Below are positions 1 to 9,385 of a stretch of DNA of 64,000 nt, in pieces. Every line of letters begins with the position of its first letter. The stretch's first letter is position 1. This stretch comes from Thermoanaerobaculia bacterium (lineage in GTDB: Bacteria > Acidobacteriota > Thermoanaerobaculia > UBA5066 > Gp7-AA6). The stretch lies in assembly GCA_036505535.1 (NCBI GenBank), contig DASXTI010000179.1:4688-68687 (forward strand), in the 5' to 3' direction. The position numbers and the translations under genes are program-made. A model generated the notes under the pieces. It was not told the DNA's origin. It did no database searches and saw only the letters and a list, made by a program, of their open reading frames with translations.

Positions 1-781
1 CGGTATAGGGATGGAGCGGACGGACCGCGACGGCGTCCACCGGCCCTTCCTCCACGACACGACCGAGATAGAGAACCGCGATCCGATCTGCAAGCCGGCA
101 CACGACGGCGAGGTCGTGGGAGATGAAGAGATAGGAGAGCTGCGCCTGTTCGCGCAGGTCGAGCAGGAGATTGGCAATCTGGGCGGCGATCGAGACGTCG
201 AGTGATGAAACCGGCTCGTCGCAGACCAGAAATTTCGGGCGGGTTGCGAGTGCGCGAGCGATCGCCACGCGTTGCCGCTCTCCGCCGGACAGCTCGGCCG
301 GAAAGCGCGAGGCCATCTTCGCGGAGAGACCGACCCGGGACAACATTTCGTCGATGCGGTCGCGAATCGCGCGCCCCCGGGCAAGCCGGTGGATGCGGAG
401 CGGCTCCGCGATCTGGTCGCCGACGGACATTCGGGGATTCAGCGAGGTCTGAGGGTCCTGGAAGACGACCTGAAGCTTTCCCCGGCGACGCCGGAGCGCC
501 GATCCCGAGAGCGATAGCCAGTCCTCGCCGTCGAATCGGACTTCTCCGCCGTCCGCCTCCTCGAGCCGCGCGATGAGACGGCCGATGGTGGTCTTGCCGC
601 TTCCCGACTCGCCAACCAGTCCGAGCGTCTCGCCGTGCGCCACGTCGAAAGAGACGCCGCGTACCGCGGGAAGGTAACCTTCGACCCGTCCGAAAAGCCC
701 CCGCCGGATCGAAAAGCTCTTTTCGAGGCCGACCGCCGATAGTAACGCTTCCCGATTCGCGGGCGGCGCGACGGAGCTCAT
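1..781 (-). CDS. Oligopeptide/dipeptide-type ABC transporter ATP-binding protein (OppF/DppF-like); C-terminal part runs off the left edge
   Basis: Own minus-strand translation from ATG 781..779: MSSVAPPANREALLSAVGLEKSF...GLVGESGSGKTT (Walker A)...LSGGERQRVAIARAL (ABC signature)...LVCDEPVSSLD (Walker B). ATGA start/stop overlap with the upstream ATPase gene. Absent from the ORF track because it is cut by the window edge. Confidence 0.85.
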   Translation of the reverse strand, partial: MSSVAPPANREALLSAVGLEKSFSIRRGLFGRVEGYLPAVRGVSFDVAHGETLGLVGESGSGKTTIGRLIARLEEADGGEVRFDGEDWLSLSGSALRRRRGKLQVVFQDPQTSLNPRMSVGDQIAEPLRIHRLARGRAIRDRIDEMLSRVGLSAKMASRFPAELSGGERQRVAIARALATRPKFLVCDEPVSSLDVSIAAQIANLLLDLREQAQLSYLFISHDLAVVCRLADRIAVLYLGRVVEEGPVDAVAVRPLHPYT

Positions 782-1779
782 GCCGGCGTTCTCGCCTCTC
801 CTTCCTCGTGGAGAAAACAGCGAGCCCGGCCGGTTTCCGTCGTATAGAGCTCGGGCTCGCGCCGGTCGCAGGGGGCGAACCGTTCCGGACAGCGCTCGAC
901 GAACGCGCAGACGCCGCTCTCGCGTGCCGAAAGATCCGCGACGGTCCCGGGGATCGCGTCGTACCGCTGACCGTGGTGACGAACCGCCGCCGCGATCCGC
1001 GGTACCGAACGGAGCAGGCCGCGGGTGTAGGGATGGCTCGGAGCCGCAAAGAGCGCGGCGGTTCGTGCCTCCTCGACCACACGGCCCGCATAAAGCACGA
1101 GCACTCGGTCGCTGTGCTCCGCCACGATGCCGAGGTCATGTGTAATCAGGAGGATCGTGAGGCCGTGCAGCCGACGCAGTGAATCGAGCAGCGCCAGCAC
1201 CTGCGCCGCCACGGTGGCGTCGAGAGACGCCGTGGGCTCATCCGCCAGAAGGATCTTCGGACCGGCCGCAAGAGTCATGGCGAGAAACGCTCGCTGTCGC
1301 ATCCCTCCGGAGAGGCGGTGCGGATACTCGCCCAACGCGTGATCCGGGTCCGGAAACGCCACATCGCGCAAGGCGTCGCGCGCGATCCGACGCGCTTCAG
1401 AGCGTGAGACGTTGTGGTGGAGCCGGATCGACTCGACGATCTGGTCTCCGATCGTTCGCACCGGATCGAGAGCCGCGGCGGGCTCCTGGAAAACCAGGCC
1501 GATCCTCGCGCCTCGGACGCCGCGCCATTCGCGGTCCGTCAGACGGAGGAGATTTCTTCCGGCGTGGATCACCCGTCCGCCGATTCGCCCCCCTTCCGGC
1601 ACGAGGCCGAGGATCGCTCGTGCGAGCTGCGTCTTGCCGCATCCGCTCTCCCCCACCACCGCCACCGTTTCGCCGGCTTCGAGCTTGAACGAAATGCCGT
1701 CGACGGCCGGCCGGAGTCTTCCGTTGAGGGGCAGCTCGACGCGAAGATCTTCGACCACCAGCAAAGGTGAGGACCCCAT
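778..1779 (-). CDS. Oligopeptide/dipeptide-type ABC transporter ATP-binding protein (OppD/DppD-like)
   Basis: ORF 778..1848. Motifs GESGCGKTQ (Walker A), LSGGMRQR (signature), LLADEPTASLD (Walker B) and the C-terminal oligopeptide-ABC extension. Start placed at the internal ATG (MGSSPLLVVEDLRVEL), which fits the family N-terminus. GTG 1848 is an alternative start. Confidence 0.85.
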   Translation of the reverse strand: MGSSPLLVVEDLRVELPLNGRLRPAVDGISFKLEAGETVAVVGESGCGKTQLARAILGLVPEGGRIGGRVIHAGRNLLRLTDREWRGVRGARIGLVFQEPAAALDPVRTIGDQIVESIRLHHNVSRSEARRIARDALRDVAFPDPDHALGEYPHRLSGGMRQRAFLAMTLAAGPKILLADEPTASLDATVAAQVLALLDSLRRLHGLTILLITHDLGIVAEHSDRVLVLYAGRVVEEARTAALFAAPSHPYTRGLLRSVPRIAAAVRHHGQRYDAIPGTVADLSARESGVCAFVERCPERFAPCDRREPELYTTETGRARCFLHEEGEARTPA

Positions 1780-1854
1780 TTTGGATTCAGGGCTTGGGAT
1801 TTTGGACGGGGACGAATCTCGCGGCGGGATCAGCGGGTCACTCCTCACTGCGGC

Positions 1855-4374
1855 TCACGAGTTCTTCCGAACCGCCTCGAGATCTCTCACGCGCCGGATC
1901 ACGTCGCGATAGTTCGTGTTGAGCCCGTAGACCTCGAGGAACGTCTTGTAGGCGAGGTCGATGTCGCCGGTGTCCTGATAGACCTGCCCAAGGTCATAGA
2001 GCATGCCCGCGGTCTCGGCTTCTTTGATCGACGGCGTCGCGAGCCCCTTGCGGAACCATTTGATCGCCAGCTGGGGCATTCCCTTCTCCAAAAAGCAATG
2101 GCCGAGCATGCTGCAGCACTCCACGGCGCGGCCCGGATCCTTGCTCGCGAGCTGAAACTCGCCGATCGCTTCGTCGACGAGACCCATCTCCTTGTATGCG
2201 ATGCCCAGGTTGTAGTGGGTTTCGTAGTCCTCGGCCGACAGCTGCTGCTCGACCCCCTTCTTGAACTCGCGGAAGATCTCCTCCAGAGACACCTCCCCCT
2301 GCGGCGCCGAAGCATCCGTGCTCTCCTCGGCGACGGCCTCTTCCGAAAGCTCCTTTTCCAGTTCCTCGGCGAGGTTGAAGAACTTTTGCTCGTCGGCGAA
2401 GAGATTCTCTTCCGCGACGACCGGAACCTCCGGAGTCCGAGTCGCGCCGCTGTCGCCCGCCCGCTGCATCTCGTCCTCGAGAAGATTACCGAGCTGTTCG
2501 TAGGACACGAACTCCGTATCGGCCGGCGTCACCGGTTCCGGTGTGCTCAGGCGTTGGATCGTCGGGGGCGGCCCGCCCGGTTCGGGCTGCGTGAACTCGA
2601 TCCCAGCTTCGTCGAATGGAGCGGGACCCATTTCGGCGGGAGGCGCGGCCGGTTGGCTGACTTCGAACTCCTCGAACGCAACATCCAGTCCCGCGGGAGG
2701 AGGCGGCGCGAGCTCGGAAGCCGGCGGGAACTCCGCACCGGGCGCCTCGAGCCCGCTTCGCGCCAGAACGCGACTGGCGTCGGCCGGGTGGCCGGCCTCG
2801 CGATACGCGGCGGCGAGGGCCTCCGTTTCCCGCTGCAGCGCGGGGTTCCTCGACTCCGCGAGCAGCTCGACCAAACGTTCCCGGGCCTTCAGCAGATCGG
2901 GGCGGCGGCGCAGGAGCGAGAAGAGGCGCTCGATCGCCTTGTCGGACAGGCCGTACTTGGCGAAGACCTCGGCTTCGACGATGAGGGTTTCGAGCTGCTG
3001 GTCGTCGACTGCCCCGCCCTCGACGAGGAGTTCCGCCGACGTCGCGGGCGCAACGTAAGCCGTGGGACCCGAGGGAGGCGCCGGCTCGGACCGGCCGCTT
3101 GCGGGCTCCCACTCGATCGCGGGAACTTTCGGCTGCGGCGCATGAATCGGGCCCGCATCCTCCAAATCGATGATGAGCTCCTGGAACTCGGGAGCCGCCT
3201 CGGCGGAGGCCACGGGCGGCGGCGGTCCGATGTCCTTGAGCCGATTCGCCGCTTCCACGTTGGATGGATCGGCCTCCATGGCGCGCCGGTAGTGTTCCGC
3301 GGCACGGGCCGGGTCGTTGCGCCGCTCCGCCTGTTGTCCGAGAGTCGCGAGCACCCTGGATAAGGCCGGGCGATTGCCTTCGGCCTCCAGCACCTCCGTC
3401 ATCTTCTCGAGAGCGCCGCGCTGCTCCGGATCCGCCGCCAGAATGGGCTCGAGGTAATCGGCCGCGCGCGTGAATTCGCGCCGCGAGACGGCGGCGTCGA
3501 CCGCCGGCGCGATGACCGCAACGGCCTTCTCGAAGGCCTGCTCGTTCATACGGAGCCGGCAGAGGAAGACCCGGGGCGCCTCGGCATGCGCGTCGAGGGC
3601 GAGCGCCTGCTCGGCCGTGCGCAGCGCTTCCGCGCGCTGCCCCGTCTCCAGTTGCGCTTCCGCGATCAACGCCAGGCTCTCGGCGGTCCTCGGCGCCGCC
3701 TTGAGAACCGCCATGGCGGCCGCCGCATTCTTCTGCGCGAGAAGGGAACGGACCAGGTTCTTTTGCGTTTCGGCATCGTCGGGCGAAAGCTCCAGCGCCT
3801 TCTGGAAGACTTGCGCGGCTTCGTCGTGGGCGCCGCGTTTCAACAGCATCGAGCCGATCAGGCCGTACTGCATGACGGCCTGATCCTTCTGGTTGTTGGC
3901 GCGGTAGAGGTCGGCGAGGCGGACCTGGATTCGCAGGTCTGCGGGATCAATCGACGACATCTTCTTGTAGACGGCGATGGCGTCTGCGAGCCGGTTGTTC
4001 TTCTGATAGTGGTCGGCTAAGACCTGGTACTGGCTTCGCGCGTCCTGGACCAACCCCTGCTTGTGGTAGAGGTCCGCGAGCTTGTCGTAGACCTCGAGCT
4101 GCGCCGGGTCGATCTTGTTGATCTTCTTGTAGATCGCGATCGCCTTCAGGAAGAAGCCATCCCGCGAGTAGAAGTCGGCGATCCGCGTAAAGAACGGGAT
4201 CGAATCCGCCGGACGATTCATTCGGACGTAGAGGTCTCCGACTTTGTTCAGCGTCGAGATGTCCTTGGGATTTTCCTCCAGAACGCGCAGGTATTCCTTC
4301 AGCGCCTGGTCGAGCTTGCCCCGGGACAGCAGCTTCTCGGCGGACTGGAGAACCTGTTCGCGGTTGACCGCCAT
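1855..4374 (-). CDS. Large TPR-repeat protein (839 aa): N-terminal and C-terminal TPR arrays separated by a Pro/Glu/Ala-rich low-complexity centre
   Basis: ORF 1855..4374. Repeated TPR-like 34-aa helices (e.g. LGIAYKEMGLVDEAIGEFQLA, LGQVYQDTGDIDLAYKTFLEV). No enzymatic motif recognised. Confidence 0.75.
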   Translation of the reverse strand: MAVNREQVLQSAEKLLSRGKLDQALKEYLRVLEENPKDISTLNKVGDLYVRMNRPADSIPFFTRIADFYSRDGFFLKAIAIYKKINKIDPAQLEVYDKLADLYHKQGLVQDARSQYQVLADHYQKNNRLADAIAVYKKMSSIDPADLRIQVRLADLYRANNQKDQAVMQYGLIGSMLLKRGAHDEAAQVFQKALELSPDDAETQKNLVRSLLAQKNAAAAMAVLKAAPRTAESLALIAEAQLETGQRAEALRTAEQALALDAHAEAPRVFLCRLRMNEQAFEKAVAVIAPAVDAAVSRREFTRAADYLEPILAADPEQRGALEKMTEVLEAEGNRPALSRVLATLGQQAERRNDPARAAEHYRRAMEADPSNVEAANRLKDIGPPPPVASAEAAPEFQELIIDLEDAGPIHAPQPKVPAIEWEPASGRSEPAPPSGPTAYVAPATSAELLVEGGAVDDQQLETLIVEAEVFAKYGLSDKAIERLFSLLRRRPDLLKARERLVELLAESRNPALQRETEALAAAYREAGHPADASRVLARSGLEAPGAEFPPASELAPPPPAGLDVAFEEFEVSQPAAPPAEMGPAPFDEAGIEFTQPEPGGPPPTIQRLSTPEPVTPADTEFVSYEQLGNLLEDEMQRAGDSGATRTPEVPVVAEENLFADEQKFFNLAEELEKELSEEAVAEESTDASAPQGEVSLEEIFREFKKGVEQQLSAEDYETHYNLGIAYKEMGLVDEAIGEFQLASKDPGRAVECCSMLGHCFLEKGMPQLAIKWFRKGLATPSIKEAETAGMLYDLGQVYQDTGDIDLAYKTFLEVYGLNTNYRDVIRRVRDLEAVRKNS

Positions 4375-4385
4375 CTCAGAAGATT

Positions 4386-5078
4386 CTAACCGCGACGACG
4401 CGCCGGCCGGCCCGCGATTGCGTCGACGCCGGCTTCCGGCACGACTCCATGGTACGTGAGGCGATGCTCCGGACAGGGCCCGCAGAGCCGGAGAGCCTCC
4501 CAGTGCTCGGGCGTTCCATAGCCCTTGTGATGTTCGAAGCCGTATGCGGGATAGGCCCGGCCGAGCGCATCCAGAAGTCGATCGCGATGTACCTTGGCGA
4601 TGATCGAGGCCGCGGCGACGGAGGCCGAGAGTGCGTCACCATGAACGACGGGAAGCTGCGGCACGCGCACTCCCGGCACGCAAACCGCATCGACGAGGAG
4701 CGCCTCCGGAGGCGGGTCGAGCGCCGTCACGGCGACGCGCATCGCCTCCAGGCTCGCGCGCAGAATATCGCGCGCATCGATTTCCGGCGCCTCGACGACC
4801 CCGATGGCGAACGCAATCGCGTGGCCGCGAATTTCCCGATCCAGGCGCACTCGGGCGTCCGCATCGAGCTGCTTGGAGTCATCGAGTCCCGGCAGGACGC
4901 AGTCGGACGGAAGGATGACCGCGGCCGCGACGACCGGACCGGCGAGGGAACCTCGACCCACCTCGTCGACACCGGCGATGAGAGCGAAACCGCGCCCACG
5001 CAGCTCTGCCTCGAGGCGAGCTAGGTCGCGGAGACGGCCCAATTCCGCGAAGAGAGCGGCGAGCGGGTCGGGGGTCAC
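4386..5078 (-). CDS. rnhB: Ribonuclease HII
   Basis: ORF 4386..5078. GVDEVGRGSLAGPVV and DDSKQL motifs. Classic position downstream of rplS. Confidence 0.9.
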   Translation of the reverse strand: MTPDPLAALFAELGRLRDLARLEAELRGRGFALIAGVDEVGRGSLAGPVVAAAVILPSDCVLPGLDDSKQLDADARVRLDREIRGHAIAFAIGVVEAPEIDARDILRASLEAMRVAVTALDPPPEALLVDAVCVPGVRVPQLPVVHGDALSASVAAASIIAKVHRDRLLDALGRAYPAYGFEHHKGYGTPEHWEALRLCGPCPEHRLTYHGVVPEAGVDAIAGRPARRRG

Positions 5079-5096
5079 GTCCGGGGAGATGAAACG

Positions 5097-5447
5097 CTAA
5101 TCCGACTGCTTTTCGTCGATGCGGGCAGCCTTTCCCTTGCGCGACCGCAGATAGTAGAGCTTGGCGCGACGGACCGCGCCCTTTCGCTCGACCTCGATGC
5201 GATCGATGATCGGGGAGTGGAGAGGAAAAATCCGCTCCACGCCGATACCTCCCGAGATCTTCCGGACAGTGAAGGTTTCGCGGGCGCCTCCCCCTCGGCG
5301 GGCGATGACGACGCCGGCGAACATCTGAATGCGTTCCTTCTCGCCCTCGCGAACCTTGACGTGGACGCGGACGGTGTCCCCCGGCGCGAAGGTCGGCACG
5401 TCGCTCTTGAGCAACGGCTTTTCTAAATCGAGCAGGATGTCACTCAT
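5097..5447 (-). CDS. rplS: 50S ribosomal protein L19
   Basis: ORF 5097..5540 trimmed to the internal ATG at 5447 ([32 protein letters not shown]...). Full-length L19 similarity. The upstream extension has no homology. Confidence 0.95.
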   Translation of the reverse strand: MSDILLDLEKPLLKSDVPTFAPGDTVRVHVKVREGEKERIQMFAGVVIARRGGGARETFTVRKISGGIGVERIFPLHSPIIDRIEVERKGAVRRAKLYYLRSRKGKAARIDEKQSD

Positions 5448-5545
5448 GGCAAACCACTCCAAGGCCGAGCGGGCGGAAGCCCGCAAAACTCTCGAGGAAA
5501 CGGCAAATTCTAAACGAGCGGCCCCCTTCAGCGCAACCAACCCGC

Positions 5546-6262
5546 TCAGGACTCCCCTTCCCCGGGAGCGGGCGGTCGCCGTGCGATCAAGTCGGGTCGC
5601 CGCTCGCGGGTTCGCTGGAGCGCCTGTGCTCGCCGCCAGCGAAAGATTTTCGCGTGGTCGCCGGAGAGCAGGACCTCCGGGACGACGAGCCCACGAAACT
5701 CTCGGGGACGTGTGTAGTGCGGATAGTCGAGGCGCTCGCGGAGAAAGGACTCGTTTTCCAGAGACTCCGAAGCCCCGACGACCCCGGGCACCAAGCGCGT
5801 GACGGCCTCGGTCAAGGCCAGCGCGGCGGCTTCTCCTCCCGGCAGGACGAAATCCCCCAGCGAGATCTCTTCGTCGTAGAGGCCGAGCTCGCGGGCGCGC
5901 TCGTCGATCCCCTCGTACCGGCCGCAGACGAGGAGGATGCGTTCCCGCGAGGCGATCGAGGCAGCCCGGTCCTGATCCAGACGCGTCCCCTCCGGGGCCA
6001 GGAGAATGGTCCAGGCCCGCGGACGGCCCTCGGTTTCGCGCCGCGCTTCGATGGCCGCGGTCACCACGGGCGCCATCATGACCATCCCGGCTCCCCCGCC
6101 GAAAGGTTCGTCGTCGACCTTGCGATGGCGGCTCTCCGCGAAGGCTCGCAGGTCGGTCACCATAACCTCGATCACGCCGGCCGCGATCGCCTTGCCCAGC
6201 AGGCTCTCCCGCAGCGGCGAGGCGAAATACCCCGGAAAAATGGTGAGAATCTCGATCTGCAT
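5546..6262 (-). CDS. trmD: tRNA (guanine37-N1)-methyltransferase
   Basis: C-terminal 238 aa of ORF 5546..6805, starting [13 protein letters not shown]...[10 protein letters not shown]...[19 protein letters not shown]. The 5' extension of the ORF is Arg-rich and overlaps rimM in another frame. Confidence 0.93.
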   Translation of the reverse strand: MQIEILTIFPGYFASPLRESLLGKAIAAGVIEVMVTDLRAFAESRHRKVDDEPFGGGAGMVMMAPVVTAAIEARRETEGRPRAWTILLAPEGTRLDQDRAASIASRERILLVCGRYEGIDERARELGLYDEEISLGDFVLPGGEAAALALTEAVTRLVPGVVGASESLENESFLRERLDYPHYTRPREFRGLVVPEVLLSGDHAKIFRWRRAQALQRTRERRPDLIARRPPAPGEGES

Positions 6263-6296
6263 GAGCGTCAGCGGCCGGTGCGATATAGTCTCATCG

Positions 6297-6373
6297 GTTG
6301 AAGGTCGAAGTTCAGAGGCCGAGAGTGGACGACGGACTCCCCCATCCTCGACCACGCGCTTTCGACCTTCGAC
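6297..6373. repeat. Weak member of the heptad-hairpin class between rimM and trmD (GTTGAAG GTCGAAG ... CTTTCGA CCTTCGAC)
   Basis: Left arm 6297-6310 and right arm 6359-6373 match 12/14 in reverse complement. The loop is about 48 nt, with only two units per arm. Confidence 0.4.
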
Positions 6374-6408
6374 TTTTTTGGCGACTTTCCAGCCACGCAG
6401 AGACCCTT

Positions 6409-6921
6409 TCACAGATCGAGTAATCCCTCGGGCGGATCGAGAACAATGCGCCGAGTGGCCCTGTCCACGCGGACGACGATGGGATGCGCGAAGGGAACGA
6501 GCACGACCTTCCCGGCCCGAGTTTCCACCGACAGCATCGCTCCGGCCGGTGTCTGCTCGAGCCCTTCCACGCGTCCGAGCCGGTTGCCGCGCACGTCCTC
6601 GCACAGCCAGTCGCGAATCTCGTGGCCATAGAAGAAGCCGTCGGGCGCCGGAAATGCATCCCCGACGGGGACGCAGAGGTCTCCACCCTGAAGGGCGCGG
6701 GCTGCATCGACGTCGGCCACGCCCTCGAAACGAAGGAGAAGCCGCGCGGCGTGCGGCCGAACGCTCGCGATCGTGAGCGTCTTTTGGGCCGCGCCGAGCC
6801 GCCACCGAAGCACCGCACCCGGCTGGAAACGCCCCGGAAAATCGGTGACGACCTCGATGGAGAGCTCTCCGGCCAACCCATGGGGCCTTCGAATTTGGCC
6901 GACGACGAGAAGCTCCGGCAT
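6409..6921 (-). CDS. rimM: 16S rRNA processing protein RimM
   Basis: ORF 6409..6921 (LVVGQIRRPHGLAGELSIEVVTDFP...). Conserved rpsP-KH-rimM-trmD order. Confidence 0.9.
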   Translation of the reverse strand: MPELLVVGQIRRPHGLAGELSIEVVTDFPGRFQPGAVLRWRLGAAQKTLTIASVRPHAARLLLRFEGVADVDAARALQGGDLCVPVGDAFPAPDGFFYGHEIRDWLCEDVRGNRLGRVEGLEQTPAGAMLSVETRAGKVVLVPFAHPIVVRVDRATRRIVLDPPEGLLDL

Positions 6922-6957
6922 TCCGAGGATTTCACGCGGCGGGCGCGTGGCGAGCTT

Positions 6958-7194
6958 TCAGTCGCGGACGCGGATGACGACGCGCTTGCCGCGAGCCGTC
7001 GCGGCCGCCGAAACGAACGCACGCAGAGCCCGGACGGTGCGCCCCTCCCGGCCGATCAGGCGGCCGCGGTCGGCCTCCGGCACCTCGATGTCGTAGACCG
7101 CCGTCTTCCCTTCAAAGCTTTCGGACACTCGGGCCTCATCGGGACGATCCGACAGCCGGCGAACGACCGTATCGATCAAGCGCTTCATCGCCAA
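6958..7194 (-). CDS. KH-domain RNA-binding protein (UPF0109/YlqC family)
   Basis: ORF 6958..7194. Motif IGREGRTVRALRAFV (GXXG KH loop). Typical position between rpsP and rimM. Confidence 0.85.
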   Translation of the reverse strand: MAMKRLIDTVVRRLSDRPDEARVSESFEGKTAVYDIEVPEADRGRLIGREGRTVRALRAFVSAAATARGKRVVIRVRD

Positions 7195-7197
7195 GCT

Positions 7198-7446
7198 CTA
7201 CGCCCCCGGCGCCGGTTCGGGACGCTCGAGGAGCGACTGAACCGTCGGCGATACTCCGGCTCCCCTGCCGATCCAGTGGCGGGCGCGCTCGCGATCGAAG
7301 GAGATCGTGACCGGATCGGTGACCGGATCGTAGGAGCCGAGCTCCTCCAAGACTTCGGCGCGCGCCGTCCGGCGCGAGTCCGAAACGACGATCCGGTAGT
7401 AGGGTCGGTTGCGGGCGCCCATGCGGCGCAGGCGAATTTTCAGCAT
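7198..7446 (-). CDS. rpsP: 30S ribosomal protein S16
   Basis: ORF 7198..7446, MLKIRLRRMGARNRPYYRIVV... Confidence 0.95.
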   Translation of the reverse strand: MLKIRLRRMGARNRPYYRIVVSDSRRTARAEVLEELGSYDPVTDPVTISFDRERARHWIGRGAGVSPTVQSLLERPEPAPGA

Positions 7447-7499
7447 CTCGGCGACCTTCTCCTGCCTTTCGAAAGCGAAGCATTCTACACGAAGGATGC

Positions 7500-8846
7500 C
7501 TACCGATTTCTGGCCGTCGGGAAGGCCACTTTCGACAGATCCAGGCCCGGCATCCCTTTTCGGGCTGCTCGCATCATGCGCCGCATCTGTTGGTATTGCT
7601 TCAGCAGCCGGTTGATCTCCGCGACGGAGGTTCCCGAGCCCCCAGCGATTCGCCTCTTGCGGCTGCCGTTCAAGACCTGGGGGTACCGGCGCTCTTCGGC
7701 CGTCATCGAGTCGATGATCGCGGTGACGCGGACCAGGGCCTTCTCATCCACACTCTCGGGTGTCCGCAGGGCCTTGAAGGCGCCGGCCTTGGGGAGTAAG
7801 TCCAGCAAGCCTTCGAGCGGTCCCATCTTCTTCATCGAGCGAAGCTGATCGCGGAGATCCTCGAGCGTGAACTCGCCGGCGACCGTCTTCGCGGCGAGTT
7901 TCTTCGCGGCGTCGGCGTCGACGTGGGCTTCGACCTTTTCGATCAGCGTCAGCACGTCGCCGAGTCCGAGGATCCGCGAGGCCATCCGATCCGGATGAAA
8001 AGGCTCGAAGTCCTCCGTCTTTTCGCCGACCCCGACGAACTTGATCGGCCGGCCGGTCGTCGTCACGACGGACAGCGCGGCACCCCCGCGCGCGTCGCCG
8101 TCGGTCTTGGTCAGGATGATGCCGGTCAGCGGCAGCGCCTCCGCGAATCCGGCCGCGGAGCGCACCGCGTCCTGGCCCGTCATCGCGTCGGCGACGAAGA
8201 GGATCTCCTGTGGCTCGATCGCTGCCGCGACGGCCCGGATTTGCTGCATCAGCTCTTCGTCGACGTGGAGGCGGCCGGCGGTGTCGACGATGACCGTGTC
8301 GCGCCCGGTTTGCTTCGCCTCGCGCACCCCTTCCCGCGCGACTTCGACCGGGTCCGTCCGCGAACCGGGACCGAAGACCGGAACGCCGATCTGCCTTCCC
8401 AGAGTCTCCAATTGCTCGACGGCCGCGGGCCGGGCGAGGTCGGCGGCGACGACGAGAGGATAGCGTCCCCGTGTCTTCAGATGCCGCGCGAGCTTGGCCG
8501 CCGAAGTCGTCTTTCCAGATCCCTGAAGCCCGACCAGCGCGATGATCGCGGGCTTCCCGGCGAGAGCGATGTCCGCCGCCTCTCCGCCGAGCAGCGCGAT
8601 GAGCTCGTCCCGGACGATTCGGGTCACCTCCTGCGCCGGTGAGAGCTGCTGGATCACCCTGGCGCCGACGGCGCGCTCCTTGACCCGCGTGGTGAATTGC
8701 CGGACCACCGGCAAAGCCACGTCGGCCTCCAGAAGAGACAATCGGATCTGGCGCAAGGCGGAGTCGAGGTGGAATTCGGTGAGGTGTCCCTCCCCGCGCA
8801 GCTCCTTGAAGACGCCCTGGATTCGATCGCCGAGACTCTCGAACAC
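7500..8846 (-). CDS. ffh: Signal recognition particle protein Ffh
   Basis: ORF 7500..8900. GLQGSGKTT, DTAGR, TKTDGDARGG G-domain motifs and a Met-rich M domain. Start placed at GTG 8846 (MFESLGDRIQ, the canonical Ffh N-terminus). ATG 8873 and TTG 8900 are alternatives. Confidence 0.93.
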   Translation of the reverse strand: MFESLGDRIQGVFKELRGEGHLTEFHLDSALRQIRLSLLEADVALPVVRQFTTRVKERAVGARVIQQLSPAQEVTRIVRDELIALLGGEAADIALAGKPAIIALVGLQGSGKTTSAAKLARHLKTRGRYPLVVAADLARPAAVEQLETLGRQIGVPVFGPGSRTDPVEVAREGVREAKQTGRDTVIVDTAGRLHVDEELMQQIRAVAAAIEPQEILFVADAMTGQDAVRSAAGFAEALPLTGIILTKTDGDARGGAALSVVTTTGRPIKFVGVGEKTEDFEPFHPDRMASRILGLGDVLTLIEKVEAHVDADAAKKLAAKTVAGEFTLEDLRDQLRSMKKMGPLEGLLDLLPKAGAFKALRTPESVDEKALVRVTAIIDSMTAEERRYPQVLNGSRKRRIAGGSGTSVAEINRLLKQYQQMRRMMRAARKGMPGLDLSKVAFPTARNR

Positions 8847-8934
8847 CGCCCCGTAACCCCCGTTCGACTTCATCGCCGGCCAAACGGCGACGCGCCCCAA
8901 GAATAGCCGCCCGGTGCTGTCGAGTCGAGGCCGG

Positions 8935-8962
8935 TTGACAGGGGGCCGACTTCGGATATTAT
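8935..8962 (+). promoter_or_regulatory. Putative sigma70-type promoter (TTGACA-N16-TATTAT) for the Thr-rich lipoprotein gene
   Basis: TTGACA at 8935-8940 and TATTAT at 8957-8962, read directly. About 80 nt upstream of the AAGGAG RBS and ATG 9042. Confidence 0.45.
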
Positions 8963-9041
8963 TGCGCGTCGATTTTCCCGGCCATGGCTTTTTTTTGCTT
9001 CGACGAGAAAGAGCGCTTCAACAAAGAAGGAGATGAGGGAT

Positions 9042-9290
9042 ATGAAGAAGTTCCTGACCCTGGGTTTTGCGGCCGTGGCGGCGATCGCACTGACGACGGG
9101 CTGCCAGAAGAAGGAAACGACCTCCACCACGACCGAGACCACGACCCAGACGGAGTCCGCTCCCGCCGTCGTGGAGGAGACCGGCACCACGGCGACTACG
9201 ACCACGACAGGCACGGGGACGATGGGCACCGAAACGACGACCACGGCGACCACCACCACGAGCGCCCCGGCGCCCGCCAAGACGCCATAG
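9042..9290 (+). CDS. Small Thr-rich lipoprotein
   Basis: ORF 9033..9290. Signal peptide plus lipobox (LTTGC). AAGGAG at 9027-9032 fits the second ATG (9042, MKKFLTLGF...). The mature part is about half threonine. Own promoter and terminator. Confidence 0.6.
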   Translation: MKKFLTLGFAAVAAIALTTGCQKKETTSTTTETTTQTESAPAVVEETGTTATTTTTGTGTMGTETTTTATTTTSAPAPAKTP

Positions 9291-9316
9291 TCCGGAATCG
9301 TTCGGTCATTTCGTTG

Positions 9317-9345
9317 GGCCCCCGATCGGGGGCCTTTTCTTTCTC
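9317..9345 (+). terminator. Rho-independent terminator
   Basis: Perfect palindrome GGCCCCCGA/TCGGGGGCC (9317-9334) followed by TTTTCTTTCTC. Confidence 0.75.
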
Positions 9346-9385
9346 TCCGATCGGCCGGAGGACGCTGCCGCTACACTGATCCGGA

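Noticed and set aside
5546-6805. 419-aa version of the trmD ORF, and likewise the 720-aa ORF 20935..23097 and the 450-aa ORF 10709..12061.
   Set aside because: The N-terminal extensions are Arg-rich, have no homology and overlap the upstream real genes (rimM, deacetylase, methyltransferase). Homology begins exactly at internal starts (ATG 6262, TTG 21679, TTG 11761).
8870-9280. 136-aa Val-rich ORF antisense to the Thr-rich lipoprotein gene.
   Set aside because: It is the mirror image of ACC/ACG (Thr) repeats read as GGT/CGT/GTG. It has no signal or RBS, whereas the plus-strand gene has a promoter, RBS, lipobox and terminator.
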